A DNA stretch of 64,000 bases from Vulcanimicrobiota bacterium (GTDB taxonomy: Bacteria; Vulcanimicrobiota; Vulcanimicrobiia; Vulcanimicrobiales; Vulcanimicrobiaceae). Below are positions 49,570 to 59,456 of this stretch, piece after piece (within the stretch, counting starts at the first letter, position 1; each line of letters begins with the position of its first letter). The translations under genes and the position numbers were made by a program. The notes under the pieces are model-generated. The model searched no databases. It was given only the letters and a program-made list of their open reading frames with translations, and was not told the DNA's origin. The stretch lies in assembly GCA_963733295.1 (NCBI GenBank), contig CAVTCS010000003.1, forward strand, positions 2,144,001 through 2,208,000, read 5' to 3'.

Positions 49570-51284
49570 ACTTCCATCACGACGGGAATAACGATCGGGC
49601 GCCGGCGCGTCTTGTTGAAGACGGCCTTTGAGAGGCCTTGCCGGATGTGTTCCTTGACCGTCGCGACGTCGCGAATGCCTTGCGCGGAGCAGCCGCTCAA
49701 GATCTCTCCGACCGTGCGCTCGAGTTCGCCCATCACCGCTTCGGACTCGGGCAAGTAAAACACGCCGCGTGAGATGAGGTCGGGGCCCGCGACGACGCGC
49801 GCTTCTTCGGCGTCGACGGTGACGACTACCATCATGATGCCGTCGGCCGAGAGATGCTTGCGGTCGCGCAGTACCGCTTCACCGACGTCGCCGATTCCGC
49901 TTCCGTCGACCATCACGTTACCGCCGTAGGTACGCCCGATCTTCTCGGCGCCCGCCGCCGTGAACTCGACGACGTCGCCGTTTTCGATCACGAAGCAGTC
50001 CTGGGGTTCGACGCCCGTCTTCTGCGCGAGGCCGGCGTGCGTGACCAGCATCCGGTATTCGCCGTGCACCGGAATGAAGTAGTGCGGATGCACGAGATTG
50101 AGCATCAACAGAAGTTCCTCTTGCGAGGCGTGACCCGACACGTGCGCCGTACCTTGCGCCGTTCCGTGGATGACGGTGGCGCCCAGCCGGTACAGGTTGT
50201 TGATGGTGCGCGAGACGCTCTTCTCGTTGCCCGGAATCGGCGTGGCGCTGATCAGCACGGTGTCGCCCGGCACGATCTTCAATTTCGGATGGTCGCGCAC
50301 CGCGAGGCGCGAGAGCGCCGACATCGGCTCGCCTTGCGAGCCTGTCGTGATGATCACGACTTCTTCGGGCGGATATTCGTCGACGCTCTCGATCCGGATC
50401 ACGCGCTCCTGCGGCAGGCGCAAGTAGCCGAGTTCGGTTGCGTAGTGAACGACGTTCTGGAGCGAGCGTCCGAGGAAAGCGATCCTCCGATCGAAACGCA
50501 CCGCCTGGTCGATGACCTGCTGGATGCGCGGCACGTTCGAGGCGAACGAGGTGACGATGACGCGGCCTTTGGCTCGCGCAAAAATGTTGCTGAAAGCGTC
50601 GCCGACGGCCCGTTCCGAGGGTGTATGCCCGGGGCGCTCGGCATTGGTCGAGTCGCTCAGCATGCACAGGACGCCGCGTTCGCCGATCGCGGCGATCGAC
50701 GCGAAATCGGCCGGCTTGCCGTCGATCGGCGTTTGGTCGAACTTGAAGTCGCCCGTGTGAAAAATCGTTCCGAGCGGCGTGCCGATGGCCAGCGCGCAAG
50801 CGCCCGCGACGCTGTGATTGATGTGCACGAACTTCGCGTCCAGAGTGTCGAACTCGACCGTATCGCCGGGCTGCACGGTGCGAAAGGTACGTTCGGGCAG
50901 CTTTTGGTCGCGCAGCTTCGCGCGAATGAGCGCGAGCGAGAGCGGCGTCCCGACCACCGGCACGTCGAACTCGCGCAACAAATAGGGAATGCCGCCGATG
51001 TGATCTTCGTGGCCATGCGTCACCAGCACCGCACGAAATTTGTCGACGCGTTCGCGGATGTACGAGAAGTCGTTGATGACGATGTCGACGCCGAACATCT
51101 CGTCGTCGGGGAACATCAGACCGCAATCGACCGCGACCAGATCCTGGGCCGTCTCGATGAGCGTCATGTTGCGCCCGATCTCGCCGCAGCCGCCGAGCGG
51201 AACGATGCGCAGGTACGGCTCGGCGGGCGGTTCGGGCAAGACGAGCGCGGTGCCGGCCGGAGCTTGGCCGTTCTGGTTCAGCAA
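49566..51284 (-). CDS. rnj: Ribonuclease J
   Basis: PLGGCGEIGRNM, THGHEDHIG, TGSQGEP, HVSGH, PVHGE. Confidence 0.97.
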   Translation of the reverse strand: MLNQNGQAPAGTALVLPEPPAEPYLRIVPLGGCGEIGRNMTLIETAQDLVAVDCGLMFPDDEMFGVDIVINDFSYIRERVDKFRAVLVTHGHEDHIGGIPYLLREFDVPVVGTPLSLALIRAKLRDQKLPERTFRTVQPGDTVEFDTLDAKFVHINHSVAGACALAIGTPLGTIFHTGDFKFDQTPIDGKPADFASIAAIGERGVLCMLSDSTNAERPGHTPSERAVGDAFSNIFARAKGRVIVTSFASNVPRIQQVIDQAVRFDRRIAFLGRSLQNVVHYATELGYLRLPQERVIRIESVDEYPPEEVVIITTGSQGEPMSALSRLAVRDHPKLKIVPGDTVLISATPIPGNEKSVSRTINNLYRLGATVIHGTAQGTAHVSGHASQEELLLMLNLVHPHYFIPVHGEYRMLVTHAGLAQKTGVEPQDCFVIENGDVVEFTAAGAEKIGRTYGGNVMVDGSGIGDVGEAVLRDRKHLSADGIMMVVVTVDAEEARVVAGPDLISRGVFYLPESEAVMGELERTVGEILSGCSAQGIRDVATVKEHIRQGLSKAVFNKTRRRPIVIPVVMEV

Positions 51285-51348
51285 GAAGTGTCTTTCCCGG
51301 CTTGCGCCGCAGCGGGCACGGCGTGATAGCTCGGGGGAGGCCCGACCG

Positions 51349-51597
51349 ATGCTACTCACCGCTTTCGCGATCTACGCCTTGTCCGCTCCTTCGACGCCGA
51401 AGCCGCCTTCGCCCCGACCCGTAGTCCGGCACTCACCACTGCCCGCCCATGCGTCCGATCTCTATTCGCTGCGGGCGCGCCGGCGTTTCGCCTCGTATCT
51501 GCGCTTGCGGCTGCTCGAACTTCGCGAAGCGGGCCTCGAGCGAGCGGCGCGAGCAGTCGAGCGCCGTCTCTCAATCGACGATCTGCTCCGGCGATAA
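51349..51597 (+). CDS. Small basic hypothetical protein (82 aa)
   Basis: GGGGAGG RBS; divergent from rnj and leading the export cluster. Confidence 0.5.
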   Translation: MLLTAFAIYALSAPSTPKPPSPRPVVRHSPLPAHASDLYSLRARRRFASYLRLRLLELREAGLERAARAVERRLSIDDLLRR

Positions 51598-51646
51598 CTT
51601 TTCGGCGCGACGGGGGTCGCGACGCGCGTCGCCAAAATGGGACGCA

Positions 51647-52369
51647 GTGAATCTACCGGCCGACGAAGCGGCGCAACCCCGAGCACCCCGCGCGGGATTC
51701 GCGCTGCCGCGCGACATCCTCATCGCGCCGTCACGCGCCTTCGCCGCAATCAAGGCACGGCCGGAATGGTTGCCGGCCGCGTTCGTCGTGCTGGTCCTTT
51801 CGGTTATCGGCACGATCCTGATCGCGCCGGCGCTCGCGCACGTGACCAACTCGGCCGTTGCCGCATCGCGCGCGGCCGGCGACAACGTACCGGTGGGGAC
51901 CGTCGACAGCGCGATCAAGCAAGAACTTGCGCTCGTGCTCTTCGGCCAGACGGTGGAACAACTCGCGGTCTGGGGCCTGACCGCGATGGTTCTGACGACC
52001 GCGGCGCGGCTGCGCGGGCAGGCGACGTCGTTCTTGACGTACTTCGCGCTGGCGGTGAACTGCGGGATCCCGACCGCAGTCGGTTTCGCGTTGCAAGGCT
52101 CGATCATACGTCTGCACGCCCCGGCCAGCTACGCCAACTTGAACCAGCTCAACACGGCCTTTCCGCTGACGCTCGCCGTGCTCGACCCGCACGGCTCGCC
52201 GAACCAAGTCGCGTTCCTCTCGCAATTCGACGTGTTCTTTCTCTGGACGGGGTTGCTCGTCGCGTACGGCTACATGGCAATCTCGGCCGAGAAGCCGGTA
52301 CGCGCGCTCTTCCTCGCGTTCGGCGTGCAGTTCGCCCTCGTTCTACTGACCGCCGCGGTTCAGCAGTGA
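51647..52369 (+). CDS. Yip1-family (YknW-like) membrane protein
   Basis: APSRAFAAIKARPEW..FLSQFDVFFLW. Confidence 0.8.
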   Translation: MNLPADEAAQPRAPRAGFALPRDILIAPSRAFAAIKARPEWLPAAFVVLVLSVIGTILIAPALAHVTNSAVAASRAAGDNVPVGTVDSAIKQELALVLFGQTVEQLAVWGLTAMVLTTAARLRGQATSFLTYFALAVNCGIPTAVGFALQGSIIRLHAPASYANLNQLNTAFPLTLAVLDPHGSPNQVAFLSQFDVFFLWTGLLVAYGYMAISAEKPVRALFLAFGVQFALVLLTAAVQQ

Positions 52370-52474
52370 CCCTACAGGTCCGGCGAGCAGGCTGACGGGC
52401 TTCGCGCGCGCGAGGCGAATGGATGTCGAAACATCGACAGTCCTGCCGCGTAGAGTCAAGCGGAAAGGATCGCA

Positions 52475-53203
52475 ATGATGGTCGAAACGCCCGCCCCGCT
52501 CGTTCCTAACGAGCTCGCCGTCGCTTGGGACGCGATCGTCGCGCCGCGCGCCGCTTTCACCGCCCTGCGCGAACGGCCGCGCTGGCTCGTCGCCTACGTC
52601 GCGACGTGCGTGCTCGGCATGATCGGATCGGTGTTGCAGACGCCGGCCGGGGTGCACGTCGCGCAGGCGACGGTGCAGAAAATGATCGCGACCGATCCGA
52701 ACCTAGCGAGTATGTCACCCGACAAGCAGCAGGCGATTCTGGCGCAAGCCGTCGGGGTGCAGCACTACATCTGGATCGCCTACCCGTTGATCGTGATCGT
52801 CGCCGTCGCGCTGACGGCCGTCGTGCTGCTGATCGCACGCGCGATCGGAAGGGGCGAGGCGAGCTTTTCGCGCCTGTTCGCGCTGGCGGCGCACGTCGCC
52901 ATCGTCAACTTCGGCATAGCTTACCTCTACATCGGAATAATCGTCTTGCTCAAAGGAGGCGCAAATTTCGATTCGCAGCGAGACCTCCTCGCCACGCTGC
53001 CGAGCCTCGCGTGGCTCGCGCCGGGCGCCGGCGTGAAGCTCGCTGCATTCTTGTCGAGCTTCAGCGTTTTCGCGATCTGGTCCGCGTTTCTGATCACGCT
53101 CGGTCTCGAAATCATTGCCGGGTTATCGCGCAGGACCGCGATCGCGAGCGCGATCGTCCTGCTGCTCCTCTCGGCCTCGACCGCGATGTTAGCGGCACGA
53201 TGA
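52475..53203 (+). CDS. Yip1-family (YknW-like) membrane protein
   Basis: APRAAFTALRERPRW..FLSSFSVFAIW. Confidence 0.82.
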   Translation: MMVETPAPLVPNELAVAWDAIVAPRAAFTALRERPRWLVAYVATCVLGMIGSVLQTPAGVHVAQATVQKMIATDPNLASMSPDKQQAILAQAVGVQHYIWIAYPLIVIVAVALTAVVLLIARAIGRGEASFSRLFALAAHVAIVNFGIAYLYIGIIVLLKGGANFDSQRDLLATLPSLAWLAPGAGVKLAAFLSSFSVFAIWSAFLITLGLEIIAGLSRRTAIASAIVLLLLSASTAMLAAR

Positions 53204-54708
53204 CCGTACTCCGGCGCGGCGCTCTGGTCGTTGGCCTCGCTGGGCTGCTGAGTTTCCCGGCGCGGGCGCAAGAGGTTCCGCAATTCACGCCGGTCCAAGC
53301 CGCTTCGCCGGCTCCGGCGAACGCGCTCCACTTGGACGCGCTCGGTACGGTGCGCTATGCGCTCTCACATGCGCCGGCGATCGTGGCGCAGGAGGCGACC
53401 GTCTCGCAGCTCGTTGCGACCTTCACCAAGACGCGGGCCGGAGAATATCCCAGTCTCAGCGGCTTGCTCCAAAACCAGCTCGCGAAGTCGGCCAACTCGC
53501 TCGGCACCTTCGCTCAGTTCGGCGTCCAACCCGTCGGCAATTTCTCGCAGAATACCGCGCAGCTGGGAGCGACGTACAACGTCTACAACGGCACCGTCCA
53601 GTTGACAGCGCAAGAACAACGCCGTCAAGTCGACGCCGCGAAGCAGAATTTGCGACAGCAGCAAGAGCAGACCACGACGAGCACCTCGCAATCCTTCTAC
53701 GGGCTCCTCGCGCTTCACGAAACCGTCATCGTCGACGAAGGTGACCTGCGTTTTCAGCAAGCCTTACTCGACGCCGCACGGGCTAGCGAAAAGGTCGGCC
53801 GCGTCGCGGGCGTCGACGTGCTGCGCGCGCAGGTCGCGGTGACGCGCAGCCTCTCGAATTTAGTGCAGGCGCGCGTCGACGAAGCCAACGCGCGCGAGGC
53901 GCTCGCAGTTCAAATCGGCGCGCCGCTCGACTGTTCGTTCGATCTTCCGGTCACGGTGCCCGAGCCGCCGCTTCCGCCCGGCTCCGTCGATCAGTTCGCG
54001 CAGATCGCCGAGCAGCACCGCCCCGAAATCCTGGCGGCGAAATACAATCTCGATGCGGCGCGGCTCGTGCCGGCCCAAGTCGACGCGGACTTGCACCCGA
54101 CCTTTCAACTGACCGGCGCGTTCGGCAGTCAGGTCTCGCCGACGTCCTTCGTCCAAGAACAAGAACAAATCGACGCGGCCAACCAGGCCGCGATCGCCAA
54201 CTTCGAACTCCAGCAATCGCTCTTTCCGGGCGTCGACTTTCCGCCGCCGGTTCTCCAACCGAACGTCAACCGCAACCGTCCGGGGTTCTGGCAACTGGGC
54301 CTCGTATCGACTTTCCAAATCCCGCTCTACGATTACGGCACGCGCGCCACGGCCCACCAAGCGGCCAACGCGCAGATCGACTCGGAACGGGTCGCGTTGG
54401 CAAATGCTTACACGAGCGTCGACGCCGACGTGCACTCCGCGGTGCGAACCTCGCAAGCCGACCAAGAGAAACTTTCGCTCGCGAAACAGAGCGAGCAGCT
54501 TGCAACGGAGTCGGCCCGCATCTCGGCGCTGCAGTATAAGAACGGCTTGATTTCCTTCACCGACATCACCCAGACGCAGCAGACCGCGCTCTCGTCCGAG
54601 TTCGATTTGGTCGCGGCCCAAGTCGCCTACGTCGTCTCGATCATCAAGCTCCGGATCTCGCTCGGACCCGCCGATCCGCTGAGCGCCGCCGACCTTCGAG
54701 CGCTATGA
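53200..54708 (+). CDS. TolC family outer membrane efflux protein
   Basis: Signal peptide, two OEP repeats (YPSLS, RPEI, PLYDYG, YKNGLIS). Confidence 0.9.
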   Translation: MTVLRRGALVVGLAGLLSFPARAQEVPQFTPVQAASPAPANALHLDALGTVRYALSHAPAIVAQEATVSQLVATFTKTRAGEYPSLSGLLQNQLAKSANSLGTFAQFGVQPVGNFSQNTAQLGATYNVYNGTVQLTAQEQRRQVDAAKQNLRQQQEQTTTSTSQSFYGLLALHETVIVDEGDLRFQQALLDAARASEKVGRVAGVDVLRAQVAVTRSLSNLVQARVDEANAREALAVQIGAPLDCSFDLPVTVPEPPLPPGSVDQFAQIAEQHRPEILAAKYNLDAARLVPAQVDADLHPTFQLTGAFGSQVSPTSFVQEQEQIDAANQAAIANFELQQSLFPGVDFPPPVLQPNVNRNRPGFWQLGLVSTFQIPLYDYGTRATAHQAANAQIDSERVALANAYTSVDADVHSAVRTSQADQEKLSLAKQSEQLATESARISALQYKNGLISFTDITQTQQTALSSEFDLVAAQVAYVVSIIKLRISLGPADPLSAADLRAL

Positions 54709-56246
54709 ACCGCCGCCGAAACACCATCATCGTCATTTCCGGCCTGGCGCTGCTGCTGGTGATCGGTTACTTCGTTTCCAGGCCCAAAGACGCGCTGGCG
54801 GTCAGCCTCAAGACGGTCAAGTACGCAACCTTCAGCACGAAACTCCCGGAATCGGGCGTCATCCAGCTGCCCCGCACGGTCACGATTCCCGCCGCGGTGC
54901 CCGGTAACATGGGTTTGATCGACGTGCAGGCCGGCGACCGCGTGCACGCGGGCCAACTCCTGGCGACGATCGTGAACGCGCAGCTCGTCTCGAACCTGCA
55001 CGATGCCGAAGACAGCGCGCTCTCGGCCGAGGGTCGCGCGCGAAGCGCGGCCGAGTCGAGCGTCGCCGTACCGAAACAGAACCGCTCGTCGGTCGTGCAA
55101 GCCGAAGCGAACGTGGTGCAAGCGCGTTCGCAGCTCGTCCAGGCGAAGCAAGATCTCGTCTCGGGTGCCGAGTCGGGACTCGGTTACGGAGGACAGACGG
55201 CCGAGGAACAGCGTCTCGACGCGGACGCGGCGGTCGAACGCGCCGCGACGGACCTGCGCGAAGCCCAGCGCATGTATGCGGCGAACCAAGATTTGTACGC
55301 GCAAAAGGCCATCTCCAAGGACACGCTCGACACGTCGCAAGCCAAGTACGAAGAGGACAACGTCGCCTATCAACAAGCCAAACAGCAGCGCGCGATTCTG
55401 AGCGGGCAGCTCGGCCGTCAGCAGAGCGTGTTGGCCGATCGCGTGCACGCCGCCGAGGACTCTCTGCGCCAAGCGCAAGCGGCGCTGGATGCCACCAAGG
55501 CGGCCGCCGGCGAAACGAAGCTGGGCGACCTCGAAGCTGCGCGCGGCGACGCGGCCCGCGCCGAAGCCGACCTTTCGTATGCCCGCGAACAAGTCTCGCG
55601 CCTGAGCGTGATCGCACCCTTCGACGGAACGATCGAAAGCGTCGCGACGCAGCCGAACGATCCGCTGCGCCCGATTCAACCCGGCGAGGCGGTAACCACG
55701 GGACAAGCTCTCTTCACAATGGCGGAGCACGGCCGCTTCATCGTCCGCACCCGCGTCGACGAACAAGACGTGGCGGCGATCGCGCTGGGCCAGCGCGCCA
55801 TCGTCAGCGGCGAAGATTTCGCCGGGAAGGAACTCGGCGGCCGCATCGTCTCGATCTCGCCGCTGGCGCAGAAGTCAGACGACCCCTCGAATACCTCACG
55901 TCAGGTACTGACCACGATCGAACTCGACCGGACCCTGCCTTTCCTGCGCGACGGCATGACCGTCGACGTCGACATCGTGACGCACGACCTGCCGCACGTA
56001 CTCGCCGTTCCGATCGACGCGCTGCACAAGGACGACAAGGGGAAGAGCTACGTCTACATCGTTCGGGGAGGCAAAGCCACGCGCAGCGACGTCATGCTGG
56101 GCCCGCAGAACGACACGCAGGCCGTCGTGAAGAGCGGAGTCCAGAGCGGCGACGTCGTCGTAGCCGACAAGAACGCCGCGGTTTTGCCGGGCGTGCGCGT
56201 GACCGCCGCGCCGTCCCCGACCCCCGGGCCGTCGACGAGTCCGTGA
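54705..56246 (+). CDS. Efflux periplasmic adaptor (MacA/YknX-like)
   Basis: GDRVHAGQLL, long coiled coil, APFDG, LRDGMTVDV. Confidence 0.92.
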   Translation: MNRRRNTIIVISGLALLLVIGYFVSRPKDALAVSLKTVKYATFSTKLPESGVIQLPRTVTIPAAVPGNMGLIDVQAGDRVHAGQLLATIVNAQLVSNLHDAEDSALSAEGRARSAAESSVAVPKQNRSSVVQAEANVVQARSQLVQAKQDLVSGAESGLGYGGQTAEEQRLDADAAVERAATDLREAQRMYAANQDLYAQKAISKDTLDTSQAKYEEDNVAYQQAKQQRAILSGQLGRQQSVLADRVHAAEDSLRQAQAALDATKAAAGETKLGDLEAARGDAARAEADLSYAREQVSRLSVIAPFDGTIESVATQPNDPLRPIQPGEAVTTGQALFTMAEHGRFIVRTRVDEQDVAAIALGQRAIVSGEDFAGKELGGRIVSISPLAQKSDDPSNTSRQVLTTIELDRTLPFLRDGMTVDVDIVTHDLPHVLAVPIDALHKDDKGKSYVYIVRGGKATRSDVMLGPQNDTQAVVKSGVQSGDVVVADKNAAVLPGVRVTAAPSPTPGPSTSP

Positions 56247-57436
56247 GCCGGCTCCTCGCCTACTCGCACGAAGCGCTCGAAGCGCTCTGGCGTAATCGCG
56301 GCCGCTCGCTTCTGACCGTGCTCGGCATGATCATCGGGACCGCGTCGGTCATCGCGGTGCTCGGCATCGGCAAAGCTGCCTCCAACGGCATTGCCGCTAC
56401 GCTCGATTCGTTCGGTGATCCGGGCATCATCGTCCAAGTCGATTTGCAGCAAGACGATCCCGTCGCGGCCACGATCCAGTATCGCGACGTCGCCCAAATC
56501 GTGGCCGCGACTCCGGACCTGACGGCCCACGTGTTTCCGTCGTACCAGCGCACCTACAAGCTGTCGGCGAACGGCGTCGACTACGACGGAACGGTCGTCA
56601 GCCAGTACGACTACATCAACGACACGCTGACGCTGCGCGAAGGGCGCCGCATCAACCGTGAGGACGTCGAAAACGCCGCGCGCGTCGCGCTCGTCACCCA
56701 GCCTCTCGAGAGCCGTCTTTTTCACGAACGGCGCGCTTTAGGCGAAGGCGTACGCATCAACGGCGAGCGCTTTCGAATCATCGGCGTCTACGACTCGTGG
56801 AAAGCCGGCATCTTCAACAACATCGCCGGCTCGGACTACATCGAAATTCCGTATACGACGTTTCATGAGATGGCCGGAAGCCCCGTCGACAACTTGCAGA
56901 TCTACAAGAAGCCCGGGGCGACCTTACCGGAGGTGCGGGACGCCGTCGTGCGCGTGTTGCGCCACATTCACGGACCGCAGGCGAAATACGATACGCAGGA
57001 CGCGACGGCGTTCGAGGGCGCCTTCAAGCGTACGATCGACGTCATCTCGTACGGTCTGACCGCGATCGGCGCCGTCGCACTGCTCGTCGCCGGCATCGGC
57101 GTGATGAACATCATGCTGGTCTCGGTCACCGAACGGACCCGCGAGATCGGAATTCGTAAGGCGATCGGCGCGGGCGCGCGCGACATCGCGACGCAGTTTC
57201 TGCTGGAAGCGGTCATCCTCTCGCTCATCGGCGGCGGGATCGGGATGCTCTTCGGGATCGGCGCCGTGCTCCTGATGTACGGCGTCGTCGCCGGCCTGCT
57301 CGGACCGGCCCCGATTCCCTGGCTGCTGATCGTTTCGGTCGCCGTCGGTTTCTCGATGGTCGTCGGCGTCGTATTCGGCACCTACCCGGCGACGCGCGCC
57401 GCGAAGCTCGATCCGATCGAAGCGCTGCGTTCGTGA
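56243..57436 (+). CDS. MacB/FtsX-like ABC permease
   Basis: [38 protein letters not shown]. Confidence 0.95.
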   Translation: MSRLLAYSHEALEALWRNRGRSLLTVLGMIIGTASVIAVLGIGKAASNGIAATLDSFGDPGIIVQVDLQQDDPVAATIQYRDVAQIVAATPDLTAHVFPSYQRTYKLSANGVDYDGTVVSQYDYINDTLTLREGRRINREDVENAARVALVTQPLESRLFHERRALGEGVRINGERFRIIGVYDSWKAGIFNNIAGSDYIEIPYTTFHEMAGSPVDNLQIYKKPGATLPEVRDAVVRVLRHIHGPQAKYDTQDATAFEGAFKRTIDVISYGLTAIGAVALLVAGIGVMNIMLVSVTERTREIGIRKAIGAGARDIATQFLLEAVILSLIGGGIGMLFGIGAVLLMYGVVAGLLGPAPIPWLLIVSVAVGFSMVVGVVFGTYPATRAAKLDPIEALRS

Positions 57437-58632
57437 TCGGCGCTTTCTTCTCCGAAGCCTACGGCGTTCTGGCAGGCAACAAGACGCGCACCTTCCTGAC
57501 GATTCTCGGATTGATCATCGGCGTGGCCGCGGTGATCGCAATTCAGATTCTCGGAAGCGGCATGTCGGGGGCCGTTTCAGGCGTACTGGGCAGCCTCAAC
57601 GATCATAGCTTCTACCTCTTTCCGAGTCAGCGTCAAGGCGACTTCACCAAAGCCGCGCTCACCTACAAGGATCTCGAGCAAACCAAGGAGGTTTTCCCGA
57701 ACATCGTCAGCGCGATACCGGCCGGAGGCGTCGCGCTCATCGTCACGAGCGGCCACGAGCGGCCACGACTGCTCGTCTCGGCCGATTCCGACGTCAGGTT
57801 CGCGACGGTTCCGCTGCTCTACGGCCGCGCTCTCTCGCCCGAGGAGGTCGCGTCGTCCGCCCACGTCTGCACGCTGACCAACAAAGCTTGGCTACGCCTC
57901 TTTCCCGGCGGCGGCGATCCGGTCGGCGAGAGCCTGCGCATCGGCGATCACCGTTACGTGATCGTCGGCGTCGAGGGCAAGCCCACGCAGGGCTTGATTC
58001 CGGTGAACTTCGGCGATGACGTCGCCATCCCGTACACGACCTACGTGCGCGAATTCTTGCGCGGGCGCTCGGTGTTCGCCGCGCGCTTTCTGGTTGCCGA
58101 CGCGAGCAAGATCGCCGAAACGGAAATCGGCGTCATCAAGTTCTTCAAGGATCGCAAACAAGGCCGAGCCGATTACCAAACCTTCGACCGGAAGTCGTTC
58201 TCCAGTTCGGTCGACTCGATCTTCGCGGTGCTCACGATCGTCGTCGCCTTGATCGGCGCCGTCTCGCTCGTCGTCGCCGGAATCGGCATCATGAACATCA
58301 TGCTGGTATCGGTGACCGAACGGACTCGCGAAATCGGCGTGCGCAAGGCCATCGGCGCGACCAGCTTCCAAGTTCTCGCGCAGTTCTTCATCGAGGCGTT
58401 GCTGCTCTCGATCGTCGGCTGCGGCATCGGCCTGTGCCTCGGGCTGCTGGCTGGCTGGGCGATCGACACGTTCGCGCTCGTTAAAATCTCGGGCTTCATC
58501 GCACCGATACCGTGGCTGCAATCGGTAACGATCGCGGTCGGCTTCGCGACGATCGTCACGCTCGTCTTCGGTACGTATCCGGCGTATCGCGCCGCGCGGC
58601 TCGACCCGATCGAGGCGTTGCGCTATGAGTAA
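57433..58632 (+). CDS. MacB/FtsX-like ABC permease (second paralogue)
   Basis: [30 protein letters not shown]. Confidence 0.95.
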   Translation: MIGAFFSEAYGVLAGNKTRTFLTILGLIIGVAAVIAIQILGSGMSGAVSGVLGSLNDHSFYLFPSQRQGDFTKAALTYKDLEQTKEVFPNIVSAIPAGGVALIVTSGHERPRLLVSADSDVRFATVPLLYGRALSPEEVASSAHVCTLTNKAWLRLFPGGGDPVGESLRIGDHRYVIVGVEGKPTQGLIPVNFGDDVAIPYTTYVREFLRGRSVFAARFLVADASKIAETEIGVIKFFKDRKQGRADYQTFDRKSFSSSVDSIFAVLTIVVALIGAVSLVVAGIGIMNIMLVSVTERTREIGVRKAIGATSFQVLAQFFIEALLLSIVGCGIGLCLGLLAGWAIDTFALVKISGFIAPIPWLQSVTIAVGFATIVTLVFGTYPAYRAARLDPIEALRYE

Positions 58633-59377
58633 GGCCATCGTCTTGCGCGAGGTGACCAAAACCTACGCGATGGGAGAACTCGAAGTGCACGCGCTGCGCG
58701 GCGTCAGTTTCGAGGTCGAAGCGGGTGAGTACCTCGCGATCATGGGCCCGTCGGGATCGGGCAAGTCGACGTTGATGAACCTGATCGGTTGCCTCGATCG
58801 CCCGACAAGCGGGACCTATCTGCTCGACGGCATCGACGCCGGCACTCTGGACGACAACGCGCTCGCCGCGATCCGTTTGCGAAAGCTGGGCTTCGTTTTT
58901 CAAGGCTTCAATTTGCTGCCGCGAACCGATGCGCTCAAGAACGTCGGCTTACCGCTCTTCTACGCCGGACGGAGTCCGAAGGAACGCGATCGCGCCGCGG
59001 CCGCGCGCCTCGCCGAGGTCGGTTTGGCCGACCGCGGCCACCACAAGCCCAGTGAACTTTCGGGGGGCCAGCAACAACGCGTCGCCATCGCGCGCGCCCT
59101 CGTCAACGACCCCGCCGTGCTCCTCGCCGACGAGCCGACCGGCAATCTCGACTCGCAGACGAGCGAAGAGCTGATGGGCCTCTTCGCGGCCCTCAACGCA
59201 GGCGGCCGGACGATCATCATGGTCACCCACGACCCGGAAGTCGCTCGTCACGCCAAACGCGTGATCCGCGTCCGCGACGGTCTCGTCGTGGCGGACGGAC
59301 CGGACCTTGCGAGCGCGGGAGCGGCCGCCTCCGGATGGGAATCCTCAAGAACCCGGGTAACCGAGGAACCGCCCTGA
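58625..59377 (+). CDS. ABC ATPase (LolD/MacB/YknY-like)
   Basis: [28 protein letters not shown]. Confidence 0.96.
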   Translation: MSKAIVLREVTKTYAMGELEVHALRGVSFEVEAGEYLAIMGPSGSGKSTLMNLIGCLDRPTSGTYLLDGIDAGTLDDNALAAIRLRKLGFVFQGFNLLPRTDALKNVGLPLFYAGRSPKERDRAAAARLAEVGLADRGHHKPSELSGGQQQRVAIARALVNDPAVLLADEPTGNLDSQTSEELMGLFAALNAGGRTIIMVTHDPEVARHAKRVIRVRDGLVVADGPDLASAGAAASGWESSRTRVTEEPP

Positions 59378-59456
59378 GACTTTTTGGAGTTTAACGAGTA
59401 CGCAGTGCGGCACTCTTCCAAAAAAATAGCTACTCAGGAGACTGATTGAGACTCTG

